Shown here: piece by piece, positions 1 to 8,294 of the stretch
Layout of the letters: each line of letters starts with the position of its first letter
Position numbering within the stretch: the stretch's first letter is position 1
Origin: an uncultured Myxococcales bacterium
GTDB lineage: Bacteria; Myxococcota; UBA4151
Direction of reading: 5' to 3'
Assembly (NCBI GenBank): GCA_964013405.1
Contig: CAXGWI010000070.1
Location: 1-17,124 of the forward strand
Length of the DNA: 17,124 nucleotides
Notes under the pieces: model-generated
What the model was told of the DNA's origin: nothing
What the model saw: only the letters and a program-made list of their open reading frames with translations
Database searches by the model: none
Made by a program: the position numbers and the translations under genes

Positions 1-487
1 AGGCGTCGGTGTCAACCTCGTTGCCATCATCACACTCCTCATTTTCTTGAACAACGCCGTCGCCACAGAGGGTGGAGGTGCAATCGTTGCGGCAGAAATC
101 ATCATCGATGTCGTTACCGTCGTCGCAGGTCTCATCCATACCGACGATGGCGTCACCGCAAAATGCGACAGCACAGGTGTTGGTGCATTCATCCTGGTAG
201 TTGGTGTTGCCGTCGTCGCATTCCTCGTAGCCCGGCTCGCCTGGCTCGAGATCTGTCCGCGTGAAGCCATCGCCGCAGGACGCCTGGCGACAGTTGGTGA
301 GGCAGCCATCGAGGTCCTCTTCGTTGCCATCATCGCATTCTTCATAGCCCGGCTGACCATCTTCCAATTCACCCCGCAGGAAGCCATCGCCGCAAACGGT
401 GAGTTGGCAATAGGTGTTGCACGCGTCCGTTTGATCGTCATTACCGTCATCGCAGGCTTCGCCGTCGTTGACGAAGTCGTTCCCGCA
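1..487 (-). repeat. At least 5 tandem Cys-rich protein repeats (CGD/N...ExCDDGN...DxC...C)
   Basis: Read directly from the minus-strand translation; the array is truncated by the window edge. Confidence 0.9.
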
Positions 488-685
488 AAGGGACTGCTGA
501 CAAACGAGCCGTCCTTTGCCGTTGTCTTCGCAATTCCAGAGGCCCTCAAAATCCGTTCCGATGGCCGCAGCCTGACAGTCTGCGCGCACACTGCAAGGGG
601 GATTACCCGGTGTGAACTCTCGAAGGCAGCCGGACAGAGCCAGAGCGCCGATCAGCGCCAGGCTTCCATAGAGACGATGGGTCAC
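1..685 (-). CDS. Lipoprotein with myxococcal Cys-rich repeats (DUF4215/TIGR02232-like); partial, runs off the left edge
   Basis: Translated by hand; not in the ORF track. GTG start at 685 overlaps the upstream stop (GTGA), with GGGAG 6 nt upstream. Sequence begins MTHRLYGSLALIGALALSGC (lipobox LSGC, Cys20), then CGNDFVNDGEACDDGN, CGDGFLRGELEDGQPGYEECDDGN, CGDGFTRTDLEPGEPGYEECDDGN, CGDAIVGMDETCDDGN and CGDGVVQENEECDDGN. No stop before the window edge. Confidence 0.9.
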   Translation of the reverse strand, partial: MTHRLYGSLALIGALALSGCLREFTPGNPPCSVRADCQAAAIGTDFEGLWNCEDNGKGRLVCQQSLCGNDFVNDGEACDDGNDDQTDACNTYCQLTVCGDGFLRGELEDGQPGYEECDDGNEEDLDGCLTNCRQASCGDGFTRTDLEPGEPGYEECDDGNTNYQDECTNTCAVAFCGDAIVGMDETCDDGNDIDDDFCRNDCTSTLCGDGVVQENEECDDGNEVDTDA

Positions 686-1353
686 AGAAAGCTCCCTACG
701 ATGGCCGCGATCGAACCAACGCTTGCGAGACCAATACTCACGGTGTGCATCAGCGCCCAGGTTTTTTGGGTGCCCTCAAGCTCAAAGAATTCGCCCCGTT
801 GTTGGTCATCCCAAGTGGGCATCCCCTGAAGTTCGGTACGGCGGTCTACTGCACCGTTGGCCTGCATCGCACTCAGGCCGAGGAGGCCGAGTCCGGCGAC
901 CGCAGCGCCACTGCCGCCGAGGACGGTGTATTTGCCGATATCGCTACGACTGGCCCACCAGCCTTTGGGTGGCTCGGTCGCGGCCGCATCGGCCACGGGG
1001 GGAGCGGCTGCAGCTGCACCGGCCGGCTTCTCTTTCTTCGCTTCAGGCTTGGCATCGGCCGCCTTCTCTTTTTTCCCCTCGCCGTCGTCTCCGCCTTCGT
1101 CACTGGCCGCTTCTGGTTTCTCTTTTTCGGCTTTGGCTTTCTTTTTCTTTTTCTTCTTTTTCTTTTTTTTACGCTTCTTCTTTTTCTTCTTCTTGCGCTT
1201 CTTCTTCTTACGCTTCTTCTTCTTCTTCTTCTTCTTCTGAGCCAGCAGGATGGGGGCTTCCCCGGAAACCTTCTGCATCGTCTCGGCCCAGGCCTCGCCT
1301 GCTGGGCCAAGCCCGAAGAAGGCCAAGAACAGGGCCAGGAAGAGTTGTCGCAT
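682..1353 (-). CDS. Secreted/membrane-anchored protein with a 33-residue poly-Lys/Arg tract and a C-terminal hydrophobic hairpin (hypothetical)
   Basis: ATG at 1353 has GGAGG upstream, so it is preferred over 1365. Signal peptide MRQLFLALFLAFFGLGPAGEAWA, then K8-R-K4-R-K7-R-K11, an E/K/A/P linker and two Gly/Ala-rich hydrophobic segments at the C-terminus. The stop overlaps the next gene's GTG. Confidence 0.8.
   Translation of the reverse strand: MRQLFLALFLAFFGLGPAGEAWAETMQKVSGEAPILLAQKKKKKKKKRKKKKRKKKKKKKRKKKKKKKKKKKAKAEKEKPEAASDEGGDDGEGKKEKAADAKPEAKKEKPAGAAAAAPPVADAAATEPPKGWWASRSDIGKYTVLGGSGAAVAGLGLLGLSAMQANGAVDRRTELQGMPTWDDQQRGEFFELEGTQKTWALMHTVSIGLASVGSIAAIVGSFL
1138..1236 (-). repeat. 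AAG/AAA low-complexity tract encoding 30 Lys + 3 Arg, including perfect (AAG)8
   Basis: Plus strand is ctt/ttt triplets interrupted by acg, gcg and acg; (CTT)8 lies at 1213-1236. Confidence 0.95.
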
Positions 1354-1449
1354 GGGTTCCTCCATTCCGTGGCGTCCCCTGGGACTGGCGCAAGGATAAA
1401 GACTTGCGTCAGCTTGGGGAAGCCCCGCGATGTTTTGCGAGAAAAGGTT

Positions 1450-1465
1450 AGCACATGCTGTGCCA
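1450..1465 (-). promoter_or_regulatory. Candidate sigma54 (-24/-12) promoter for the poly-Lys protein/lipoprotein operon
   Basis: Minus strand reads TGGCACAGCATGTGCT versus consensus TGGCACG-N4-TTGCW, with exact GG-N10-GC spacing. It is intergenic and about 100 nt upstream of the ATG at 1353. Confidence 0.6.
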
Positions 1466-1511
1466 CATGGTCACCTCCTTGGTCACAAAAGGTCTGGAAG
1501 GGCGGTGGGCC

Positions 1512-1540
1512 TGGACGGCCTCCGGGCTAGGGGGTAGGGC
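1512..1540 (+). promoter_or_regulatory. Candidate housekeeping promoter for purSQL
   Basis: TGGACG-N17-TAGGGC; the same pattern recurs at other intergenic regions in the window. Confidence 0.4.
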
Positions 1541-1568
1541 GCTGCCGCATTGGGGAAGGGGCTCGCCT

Positions 1569-1811
1569 ATGAAAGCGACCGTGACCGTCTCTCTCAAGTC
1601 TGCCGTTTTGGATCCACAGGGCAAAGCGATCGCTGCTGCCCTGCAGGACTTAGGCCTCGATTTGGTTCGGGGTGCTCGGGTGGGCAAGGTGATCGAGCTA
1701 GAATTGGCCGAAGGCAGCGATCTCGAAAGGGCTCGGCAGCAGGTGGAAGCAGCGGCCGATAAACTCCTCGCGAATCCGGTCATGGAAGACTGGCGCGTGG
1801 AGATCGGTTAA
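1569..1811 (+). CDS. purS: Phosphoribosylformylglycinamidine synthase subunit PurS
   Basis: 80 aa from ATG 1569 (purine-rich RBS upstream). Motifs VLDPQGKAI, RVGKVIEL and KLLANPVMED. TAATG overlap with purQ. Confidence 0.95.
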   Translation: MKATVTVSLKSAVLDPQGKAIAAALQDLGLDLVRGARVGKVIELELAEGSDLERARQQVEAAADKLLANPVMEDWRVEIG

Positions 1812-2509
1812 TGTCCGCCCGGGTTGCGGTCCTGACCTTTCCGGGCACGAATTGTGATGATGACTGTGCCCACGTGCTGGGCTCGGTACTGAATCATGAC
1901 GTGCTTCGAGTTTGGCATAAAGAGACCACGCTTCCTGAGGGGCTCGATGGCATCGTGATTCCTGGGGGCTTCTCCTACGGCGATTACTTGCGGGCGGGGG
2001 CGATCGCTCGATTTAGCCCAGTGATGCCCGCTGTGAAGCAGTTCGCAGAGCGGGGCGGGCCTGTGATGGGCATCTGCAATGGCTTTCAAGTGCTTCTCGA
2101 ACTCGGACTCTTGCCGGGCGCCATGCAGAAGAATGAGAGTGGGCGGTTTGTCTGTAAGCCCGTCCATCTCAAGGTGACTCGTCACGACACGCGCTTTACC
2201 CGGGGCATCTCGGCCGGTCATCTGTTGCAAGTGCCCGTGGCCCATGCGGAGGGTAACTGGACCTGTGACGAAGCCACTTGGTCACGGGTGCAGGGGGAGG
2301 GCATGGATTTGCTTCGGTATTGTCAGCCCGACGGCACGGTGGACCGAGCGGCCAATCCCAACGGGGCCCGGGACAACATCGCGGGCCTGATCAACGCAGA
2401 GGGCAATGTCCTGGGATTGATGCCCCATCCGGAGCGCTCCAGCGAAGCACTTTTGGGCGGCACGGATGGTCGCCTCCTCTTTTCCGGCCTGTTGAGCGGA
2501 AGGGCTTAA
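1811..2509 (+). CDS. purQ: FGAM synthase glutaminase subunit PurQ
   Basis: FPGTNCD, PGGFSYGDYLRAGA, GICNGFQ (catalytic Cys) and MPHPER (His/Glu of the triad). Confidence 0.97.
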   Translation: MSARVAVLTFPGTNCDDDCAHVLGSVLNHDVLRVWHKETTLPEGLDGIVIPGGFSYGDYLRAGAIARFSPVMPAVKQFAERGGPVMGICNGFQVLLELGLLPGAMQKNESGRFVCKPVHLKVTRHDTRFTRGISAGHLLQVPVAHAEGNWTCDEATWSRVQGEGMDLLRYCQPDGTVDRAANPNGARDNIAGLINAEGNVLGLMPHPERSSEALLGGTDGRLLFSGLLSGRA

Positions 2510-2512
2510 ACG

Positions 2513-4741
2513 ATGGGCACCGAGAGTATCGTCGACGAGGGCCTGGCCCTCCGCTTGGGCTTAACCGCGGCAGAGTATGCGGAGGCCTGCAGCATTCTCG
2601 ATCGAGTCCCGACCTTCACCGAGATCGGTATTTTCAGCGCCATGTGGAATGAGCACTGCTCCTACAAGTCGAGCAAGTTCCACCTGCGCCGGTTCCACAC
2701 GGAGGGGGAGCAGGTCATCTGCGGTCCCGGCGAGAATGCGGGCATTGTCGATGCGGGCGACGGGCTCGCCATCGTCTTTAAGATGGAGAGCCACAATCAC
2801 CCCAGCTTCATCGAGCCCTATCAGGGCGCAGCCACTGGCGTGGGTGGGATCCTTCGGGATGTGTTCACCATGGGCGCCCGGCCCATCGCGAGCCTCAACG
2901 CATTGCGCTTCGGTCAACCGGATCACCCCAAGTCGAAGTCTCTGGTCGAGGGGGTGGTCGCGGGCATTGCCGGCTACGGAAACTGCATGGGCGTGCCGAC
3001 GGTCGGTGGCGAAGTCGGATTCGATCCCTGTTACAACGGTAATATTCTCGTCAACGCCATGACCGTGGGCCTCGCGCCCACCGATAAGATCTTTTATGGG
3101 ACGGCCAGTGGTCCGGGGAATCGCGTGCTCTACTTCGGCGCGCGAACCGGGCGAGATGGTATTGGCGGAGCGACCATGGCCTCCGGTGCCTTTGACTCGG
3201 AGGTGGAAGCAGATCGCCCCACCGTCCAAGTGGGCGACCCCTTCTACGAGAAACTGCTCCTCGAAGCCTGCTTGGAACTGTTTCAGACCGATGCAGTGGT
3301 GGGCATTCAGGACATGGGGGCCGCCGGGCTCACCAGCTCGAGTTTTGAGATGGCCGGTCGGGCCGGCACGGGCGTCGAGATCGATCTCGACGAGGTGCCG
3401 ACCCGGGAGCCGGGGATGACGGCCTTTGAATTGATGCTGAGCGAATCCCAGGAGCGGATGCTCGCCGTGGTACCCCCGGACCGGGTCGCCGAAGTGCAGG
3501 CTATTTTTGAGAAGTGGGACTTGGAGTGCGTCGACATCGGCCGGGTGACCGACGATGGCATGGTCACGATCCTTAAGGATGGGGAGGTGAAAGCCTGTCT
3601 GCCGGCGGGCCCGCTCAGCGAAGCCAGTCCGGTGTATCAACGCCCATTAGCAGCCCCCGCGGATCTCTCTGAGCGTCAGCACCTAGCAGCCGATGATTTG
3701 CCTGCTTTGTCCCCTGAAGAGGCTGGGCAGTGGCTGCAGCGCCTCGCAGGGCACCCCAACGTGGCTTCGAAACGCTGGGTGTATCAACAGTACGACCACC
3801 ACGTTCGGTTGGGCACGGTCACGGGACCGGGTGGGGATGGGGCGATGATCCGTCTTCCCAATGGGAAAGGCATGGCCGTCACGGCGGATTGCAATCCCAG
3901 CTTCGTGTATTTGAATCCCCGGGCCGGCGGGGCGATGGCGGTGGCCGAGGCCGCCCGCAACGTGGCCTGTGTGGGCGCTCGGCCCTTGGCGATCACCGAC
4001 TGCATGAACTTTGGCAACCCGGAGCACCCGGAGGTCATGTGGCAGTTTAGTGAGTCCGTCGATGGCATCAGTGAAGCCACTCGAGCCCTCAATTGCCCGG
4101 TGGTGAGTGGGAACGTGAGTTTTTACAACACCACCGATGGTCAGGACATCCATCCGACGCCAAGTATTGGCATGGTCGGCTTGGCTTCGGCCCCCCACGA
4201 GACGAAGGGCTACTTTACCGAGGACAACCTCCACATCGCACTCCTCGGCGATGGTTTTTCGGCCCTGGGTGGCAGTTTGTTTCAAAAGGAAGTGATGGGG
4301 GCGCCCAAGGGGGAACCCCCGGTTTTCCATGCCGATGCCGAGGGGGCACTGATCGATGTGTTGGTCGCCAGCGTTGAAGCGGGCGAGGTGGCGACGGCCC
4401 ACGACCTCTCTGTCGGGGGTTTAGGGATGGCGCTGGTGCGGGCCTGTGTGGGTGGCCCTCAGCCGATCGGCGCCACGGTCACGTTGCCAGAAGGCCCCCT
4501 TGAACGGGTGCTGTTTGCAGAAGATGGTGCCCGGGCCTTGGTGGCGGTTCCGGCCCAGCACGTGGATGGGCTCACGGCTCGGGCCGGTGAGCAGGGTGTG
4601 CCTTGTCGTTGGCTGGGGCAGACCGGCGGCCGTGCCCTGCAGGTCGAAGGGCTGCCGGCCCAGGAGCTGCTGGCCCTTCACGGGGCCTACCGTGAGGGCT
4701 TTGTCCGGGCCGTCGGTTTGGATGATGGCCCGGCGAATTAG
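2513..4741 (+). CDS. purL: FGAM synthase subunit PurL (small type)
   Basis: 742 aa; [50 protein letters not shown] and VSGNVSFYN. Confidence 0.98.
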   Translation: MGTESIVDEGLALRLGLTAAEYAEACSILDRVPTFTEIGIFSAMWNEHCSYKSSKFHLRRFHTEGEQVICGPGENAGIVDAGDGLAIVFKMESHNHPSFIEPYQGAATGVGGILRDVFTMGARPIASLNALRFGQPDHPKSKSLVEGVVAGIAGYGNCMGVPTVGGEVGFDPCYNGNILVNAMTVGLAPTDKIFYGTASGPGNRVLYFGARTGRDGIGGATMASGAFDSEVEADRPTVQVGDPFYEKLLLEACLELFQTDAVVGIQDMGAAGLTSSSFEMAGRAGTGVEIDLDEVPTREPGMTAFELMLSESQERMLAVVPPDRVAEVQAIFEKWDLECVDIGRVTDDGMVTILKDGEVKACLPAGPLSEASPVYQRPLAAPADLSERQHLAADDLPALSPEEAGQWLQRLAGHPNVASKRWVYQQYDHHVRLGTVTGPGGDGAMIRLPNGKGMAVTADCNPSFVYLNPRAGGAMAVAEAARNVACVGARPLAITDCMNFGNPEHPEVMWQFSESVDGISEATRALNCPVVSGNVSFYNTTDGQDIHPTPSIGMVGLASAPHETKGYFTEDNLHIALLGDGFSALGGSLFQKEVMGAPKGEPPVFHADAEGALIDVLVASVEAGEVATAHDLSVGGLGMALVRACVGGPQPIGATVTLPEGPLERVLFAEDGARALVAVPAQHVDGLTARAGEQGVPCRWLGQTGGRALQVEGLPAQELLALHGAYREGFVRAVGLDDGPAN

Positions 4742-4776
4742 CGGCAGCGACTGAAGATCAAGGGGGGGCGTGAGCG

Positions 4777-5487
4777 ATGGAATTGACCTTAACGGACATT
4801 ATCGCGTTCTACCTGATCCCACTGGTTCTGGCCATTTCAGTTCACGAATGGGCCCACGCGGCGGTGACCACCTGGTTGGGCGATGATACGGCCCTGGTCC
4901 GGGGGCGGGTGACCCTCAACCCTGTGGCCCATTCCGACCCCATGTGGACCGTGATCTTTCCGACCCTCGGTTTGTATCTGGGGGGCTTCCTTATCGCTGC
5001 TGGTAAGCCCGTGCCCTACAACCCTAGGGGCTGGCGTGGGACCTTGTGGGGATTGCCCCTGCGGCGCAAGTGGGGGGAGTTCCTTGTGGCCGGTGCGGGG
5101 CCTGCATCGAATCTCATGCAGGCCCTTCTCGCAGCCATCGCTCTTGCGGTCGTCGTGCAGGTTACCGGTGTCGACACCGAGATCGCATGGAAGGCGAGCC
5201 ATTCGATCGTTCGGGAGGGGGGGGTGCTGGTAGTCATCAGCGTGCTTGGTCATTTCATCTACATTAACGCGCTCCTCGCCGTGTTTAACTTGATCCCGGT
5301 CCCGCCCCTCGATGGGGCCAAGGTGATCGGCGCCTTTTTACCGGGCAACATCGGTGATAAGCTCAACGGGATGGGGATGATGGGCTTCCTCGCCCTCGTC
5401 GTCTTGTTCTTCCATTTCGGGCACTACCTCCTCTTGCCGATCAATGGCATCACCAAGGGGATGATCTCCCTGGCCTTGGGGCTCTGA
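4777..5487 (+). CDS. Site-2 protease family (peptidase M50) intramembrane metalloprotease
   Basis: HEWAH zinc motif, AGAGPASN, FNLIPVPPLDG and several hydrophobic segments. Confidence 0.93.
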   Translation: MELTLTDIIAFYLIPLVLAISVHEWAHAAVTTWLGDDTALVRGRVTLNPVAHSDPMWTVIFPTLGLYLGGFLIAAGKPVPYNPRGWRGTLWGLPLRRKWGEFLVAGAGPASNLMQALLAAIALAVVVQVTGVDTEIAWKASHSIVREGGVLVVISVLGHFIYINALLAVFNLIPVPPLDGAKVIGAFLPGNIGDKLNGMGMMGFLALVVLFFHFGHYLLLPINGITKGMISLALGL

Positions 5488-5493
5488 TCAGCA

Positions 5494-5522
5494 TAGACCC
5501 ACCGGGCTCTCGGGTGTAGGGA
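5494..5522 (+). promoter_or_regulatory. Candidate promoter upstream of trpS
   Basis: TAGACC-N17-TAGGGA ending 6 nt before the ATG. AGGGAG could instead, or also, be the RBS. Confidence 0.35.
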
Positions 5523-5528
5523 GCGGCC

Positions 5529-6500
5529 ATGAGCAGCAAGACCATTCTCACCGGGATCCAGCCCAGCGGCGCTTTGCACCTGGGCAACTACTTTGGCGCC
5601 GCCAAGAAGATGGTGGCGCTCCAAGATGCGGGCGATTGCTACCTTTTTATCGCCAATTACCACGCGCTGACCACGGTTCATGAGGCCGATGTGCTGCGGG
5701 ATTGGACCTTCCAGTTGGCGGTGGATTACCTGGCCTTGGGCATCGATCCCGAGCGCACCGTGCTGTATCGCCAGAGCGATGTGCCGGAGGTCCAAGAGCT
5801 CACGTGGTTGTTGAGTAACGTCATCAACGTGGGTTTTTTGCAAACGGGCACGAGCTACAAAGACAAGGTGGCGAAGGGCATCGTCCCCAGCGTTGGGCTT
5901 TTCAACTATCCAGTGCTGATGGCAGCGGACATTCTCTGTTATGATTCCGACCTCGTACCCGTTGGAAGGGATCAGGCTCAACATCTTGAATTCACAAGGA
6001 GGATGGCTCGGGCTTTCAACCATCGCTACGGCGAGGTTTTGCGGGTGCCCGAAGCCCTGATCGACGAGGAGACCGCGCTGGTTCCTGGGACCGATGGTGG
6101 CAAGATGTCGAAGAGTTTAGGCAACACGATCCCCGTCTTCTTTAAGGGCAAAAAGCTGAAGAAGGCTTTGGGGCAAATCGTGACCGATTCCACGCCGCTT
6201 GAAGCGCCGAAGGATCCCGAGACCTGCAACGTCATGGCCCTCTACAAGCTCTTCGCAAGTGGGGACGAAGTGGTTGAGCTCGCTGGCCGCTACCGGGCGG
6301 GGAACTTCGGTTATGGTCATGCCAAGCTCGCTTTGCAGGAGGCGATGGAGCGGGAACTGGGTGAAGCTTCGGCTCGTCGAGAAGCCTTGATGGCCGAGCC
6401 CGAGCAGGTGGAAGCCGTGCTCCAGGCCGGTGCGGCAAAGGCCCGCGTGCGGGCCGCTGCCGTTTTGGACCGGGCCCTGAAGGCCTGTGGCATCCGATGA
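5529..6500 (+). CDS. trpS: Tryptophan--tRNA ligase
   Basis: TGIQPSGALHLGNY (HIGH-like), YPVLMAADIL, VPVGRDQAQHLE and KMSKS. Confidence 0.97.
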   Translation: MSSKTILTGIQPSGALHLGNYFGAAKKMVALQDAGDCYLFIANYHALTTVHEADVLRDWTFQLAVDYLALGIDPERTVLYRQSDVPEVQELTWLLSNVINVGFLQTGTSYKDKVAKGIVPSVGLFNYPVLMAADILCYDSDLVPVGRDQAQHLEFTRRMARAFNHRYGEVLRVPEALIDEETALVPGTDGGKMSKSLGNTIPVFFKGKKLKKALGQIVTDSTPLEAPKDPETCNVMALYKLFASGDEVVELAGRYRAGNFGYGHAKLALQEAMERELGEASARREALMAEPEQVEAVLQAGAAKARVRAAAVLDRALKACGIR

Positions 6501-7276
6501 GCGACGAGCTCCAAGAAGGGATTCGCTTGGCCAAGTTCCTGGCCCGTGCGGGCTTAGGCAGTCGGCGGGCCAGCGAGAAGCAAATCAAAGCGGGAAAGAT
6601 CAAGGTGAACGGGCAGGTGTGCACGAATCCGGCCACGAAAGTGCACCCGACCCGAGACAAGGTCTTCGCGGGCCGTCGCCGCATGGTGATTCCCCGAAGG
6701 GTGAGTGATGGGGGCGAGCTGTTCCTGGCCTACAAGCCGGAAAAGATGGTCACCACCATGAACGATCCCCAGGGGCGACCGACGGTCAAGGACCTCTTAC
6801 CCGACCGCACGGCTCGACTCTTTCCCGTGGGCCGCCTGGACTACGATGCGGAAGGGGCCTTGCTGTTTACCAGCGATGGGGATCTGGCCCATCGGCTCCT
6901 GCACCCGAGTTTTCATGTCCCCAAAGTCTATTTGGTGAAGGTGAAGGGGGAGCCGAGCGACGCGGCTTTGGAGAAGTTGCGCCGGGGGGTTCGCCTCGAT
7001 GATGGTCGCACCCAACCCTGTCGGGTCCAACGGGTCCGCAAGGCCAAGACCAACACCTGGGTCGAAATCGAACTCAGCGAGGGGCGCTACCGGCAGGTGA
7101 AGCGGATGTTCTGGAAGATCCGGCACCCGGTCCAGCGGCTCATTCGCCTGTCCTTCGGGGGCATCACCGTGGAGGACATGGAGCCTGGCCAGATTCGGCT
7201 GTGCACGCCGGCGGAGCGCCACACGCTCATGGGCTGGGGGCAGGAAGCCGATTTGAGCCTTTCCTTCGAGGATTGA
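6497..7276 (+). CDS. rluB: RsuA/RluB-family rRNA pseudouridine synthase with N-terminal S4 domain
   Basis: RLAKFLARAGLGSRR (S4), FPVGRLDYDAEG (catalytic Asp), LLHPS...KVYLV and EGRYRQVKRM. ATGA overlap with trpS. The exact subfamily is inferred from gene context. Confidence 0.85.
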   Translation: MSDELQEGIRLAKFLARAGLGSRRASEKQIKAGKIKVNGQVCTNPATKVHPTRDKVFAGRRRMVIPRRVSDGGELFLAYKPEKMVTTMNDPQGRPTVKDLLPDRTARLFPVGRLDYDAEGALLFTSDGDLAHRLLHPSFHVPKVYLVKVKGEPSDAALEKLRRGVRLDDGRTQPCRVQRVRKAKTNTWVEIELSEGRYRQVKRMFWKIRHPVQRLIRLSFGGITVEDMEPGQIRLCTPAERHTLMGWGQEADLSLSFED

Positions 7277-7307
7277 CGCAGCGCCTTATTTTCCCGCAGG
7301 GTTCGCT

Positions 7308-8294
7308 ATGATTTCGAAACAACTATTTGTTGTCCTGACCCTGTTGATGTTTGGCCTGCCGGCGGAGGCGACACCCCTTGAAGGGGCGTCTTCGACCGTG
7401 ATGGTGGCGAAGGCGAAGAAGCGCAAGAAGCGCCGTCGGAAACGCAAGGGCAAGCGCACTAGAAAACGGCGAAAGAAGGCGACGAAGCCCGCTCCGAAAG
7501 CGCCCGCACCCAAGCCCGAGCCGGTGGTCGAGCCCGAGCCAGCAGTTGAGCCGGCTCCGGCGCCTGAAGCCGAGCCAGAGGTCGAGTTGCCCGGCGTGGC
7601 AGTCTTGGACATGGAGGTGGTCGAAGGGGTCAGCGAGGGCGTCGCGAAGATCGTCAACGAGCTGATGCTCACGCGGATCGCTAAAGCCCAGGTTTTCGGC
7701 AGTGTGATCGGCAGCAGTGACATCGCCCAGATGGTTTCGCTCGAGCAGCAAAAGACCATGCTTGGTTGCGAAGAAGAGAGTTGCATCGCCCAACTGGGGG
7801 GCGCGCTGGGCGTACCGCTCATGATCGTTCCAGCCATGGGCAAGCTGGGCAACGACTACGTGATGACGCTGAAAATCACCGATGTGGACGCAGCCCAAGT
7901 GAAGGTTCGCCAATCCATCACGGTGCCCGACGAGCCGGCGATGGCCAAGGGGATGGAGTGGTTGGTCGACGCGTCCCTCGCGGAGTTTCGGGGCGAGCCG
8001 GTACCGGCCGCACCGAAGCTGGAGCGGACGGTTGCGTTGGTGGCAGCCGGCGAGGGCGGCGCCTTGAAGATCGTTGGTAAGGCTGGGATCGCCTTAGCAG
8101 TTGTGGGCCTCGGCCTAGCGGGCGGGGTTCACTTCGGTGTGGTTGCTCCGGCCCAGGAAGCTTTCGCTGCCTCGCCGACCAAGACCAATTATGACAACGC
8201 ACAGGCGGCGGCGGAGACGGGTAACTTAGGGGTGGCGGGCGGCCTGGCCCTGTCGGCAACGGGGGGGCTGTTGTGGTTTCTTTTCGCCAACTAG
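7308..8294 (+). CDS. Secreted/membrane-anchored protein with Lys/Arg tract, Pro/Glu linker, CsgG/TolB-N-like alpha/beta domain and C-terminal hydrophobic hairpin (hypothetical)
   Basis: Signal peptide MISKQLFVVLTLLMFGLPAEA; KKRKKRRRKRKGKRTRKRRKK (7416-7478); PEP/PAP linker; domain VAVLDM...GCEEESCIAQLGGALGV...GKLGNDYVMTLKITDV; two Gly-rich hydrophobic segments. The fold assignment is from recall. Confidence 0.75.
   Translation: MISKQLFVVLTLLMFGLPAEATPLEGASSTVMVAKAKKRKKRRRKRKGKRTRKRRKKATKPAPKAPAPKPEPVVEPEPAVEPAPAPEAEPEVELPGVAVLDMEVVEGVSEGVAKIVNELMLTRIAKAQVFGSVIGSSDIAQMVSLEQQKTMLGCEEESCIAQLGGALGVPLMIVPAMGKLGNDYVMTLKITDVDAAQVKVRQSITVPDEPAMAKGMEWLVDASLAEFRGEPVPAAPKLERTVALVAAGEGGALKIVGKAGIALAVVGLGLAGGVHFGVVAPAQEAFAASPTKTNYDNAQAAAETGNLGVAGGLALSATGGLLWFLFAN

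Noticed and set aside
47..829. 260-aa plus-strand ORF rich in V/A/I
   Set aside because: Antisense mirror of the Cys-rich repeat gene: GAC/GAT/TGC/GGC codons read as V/I/A/A on the other strand.
1162..1170. In-frame A_AAA_AAG slippery heptamer in the poly-Lys gene (the -1 frame stops at 1102-1100)
   Set aside because: Expected by chance in a Lys codon run, and no stimulatory hairpin is apparent downstream.
723..1530. Poly-Phe, poly-Leu, poly-Ser, poly-Arg and poly-Glu ORFs over the CTT tract
   Set aside because: Alternate-frame products of one trinucleotide tract. Only the Lys frame has an RBS, a signal peptide and a paralog.
1455..1568. N-terminal extension of PurS in the ORF track
   Set aside because: ATG 1569 gives the canonical ~80-aa PurS with an RBS; the extension covers the promoter region.
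2561..4402. Long antisense ORFs opposite purL (and similar ones opposite trpS and the kinase)
   Set aside because: Typical shadow ORFs of GC-rich coding DNA with no recognisable motifs.
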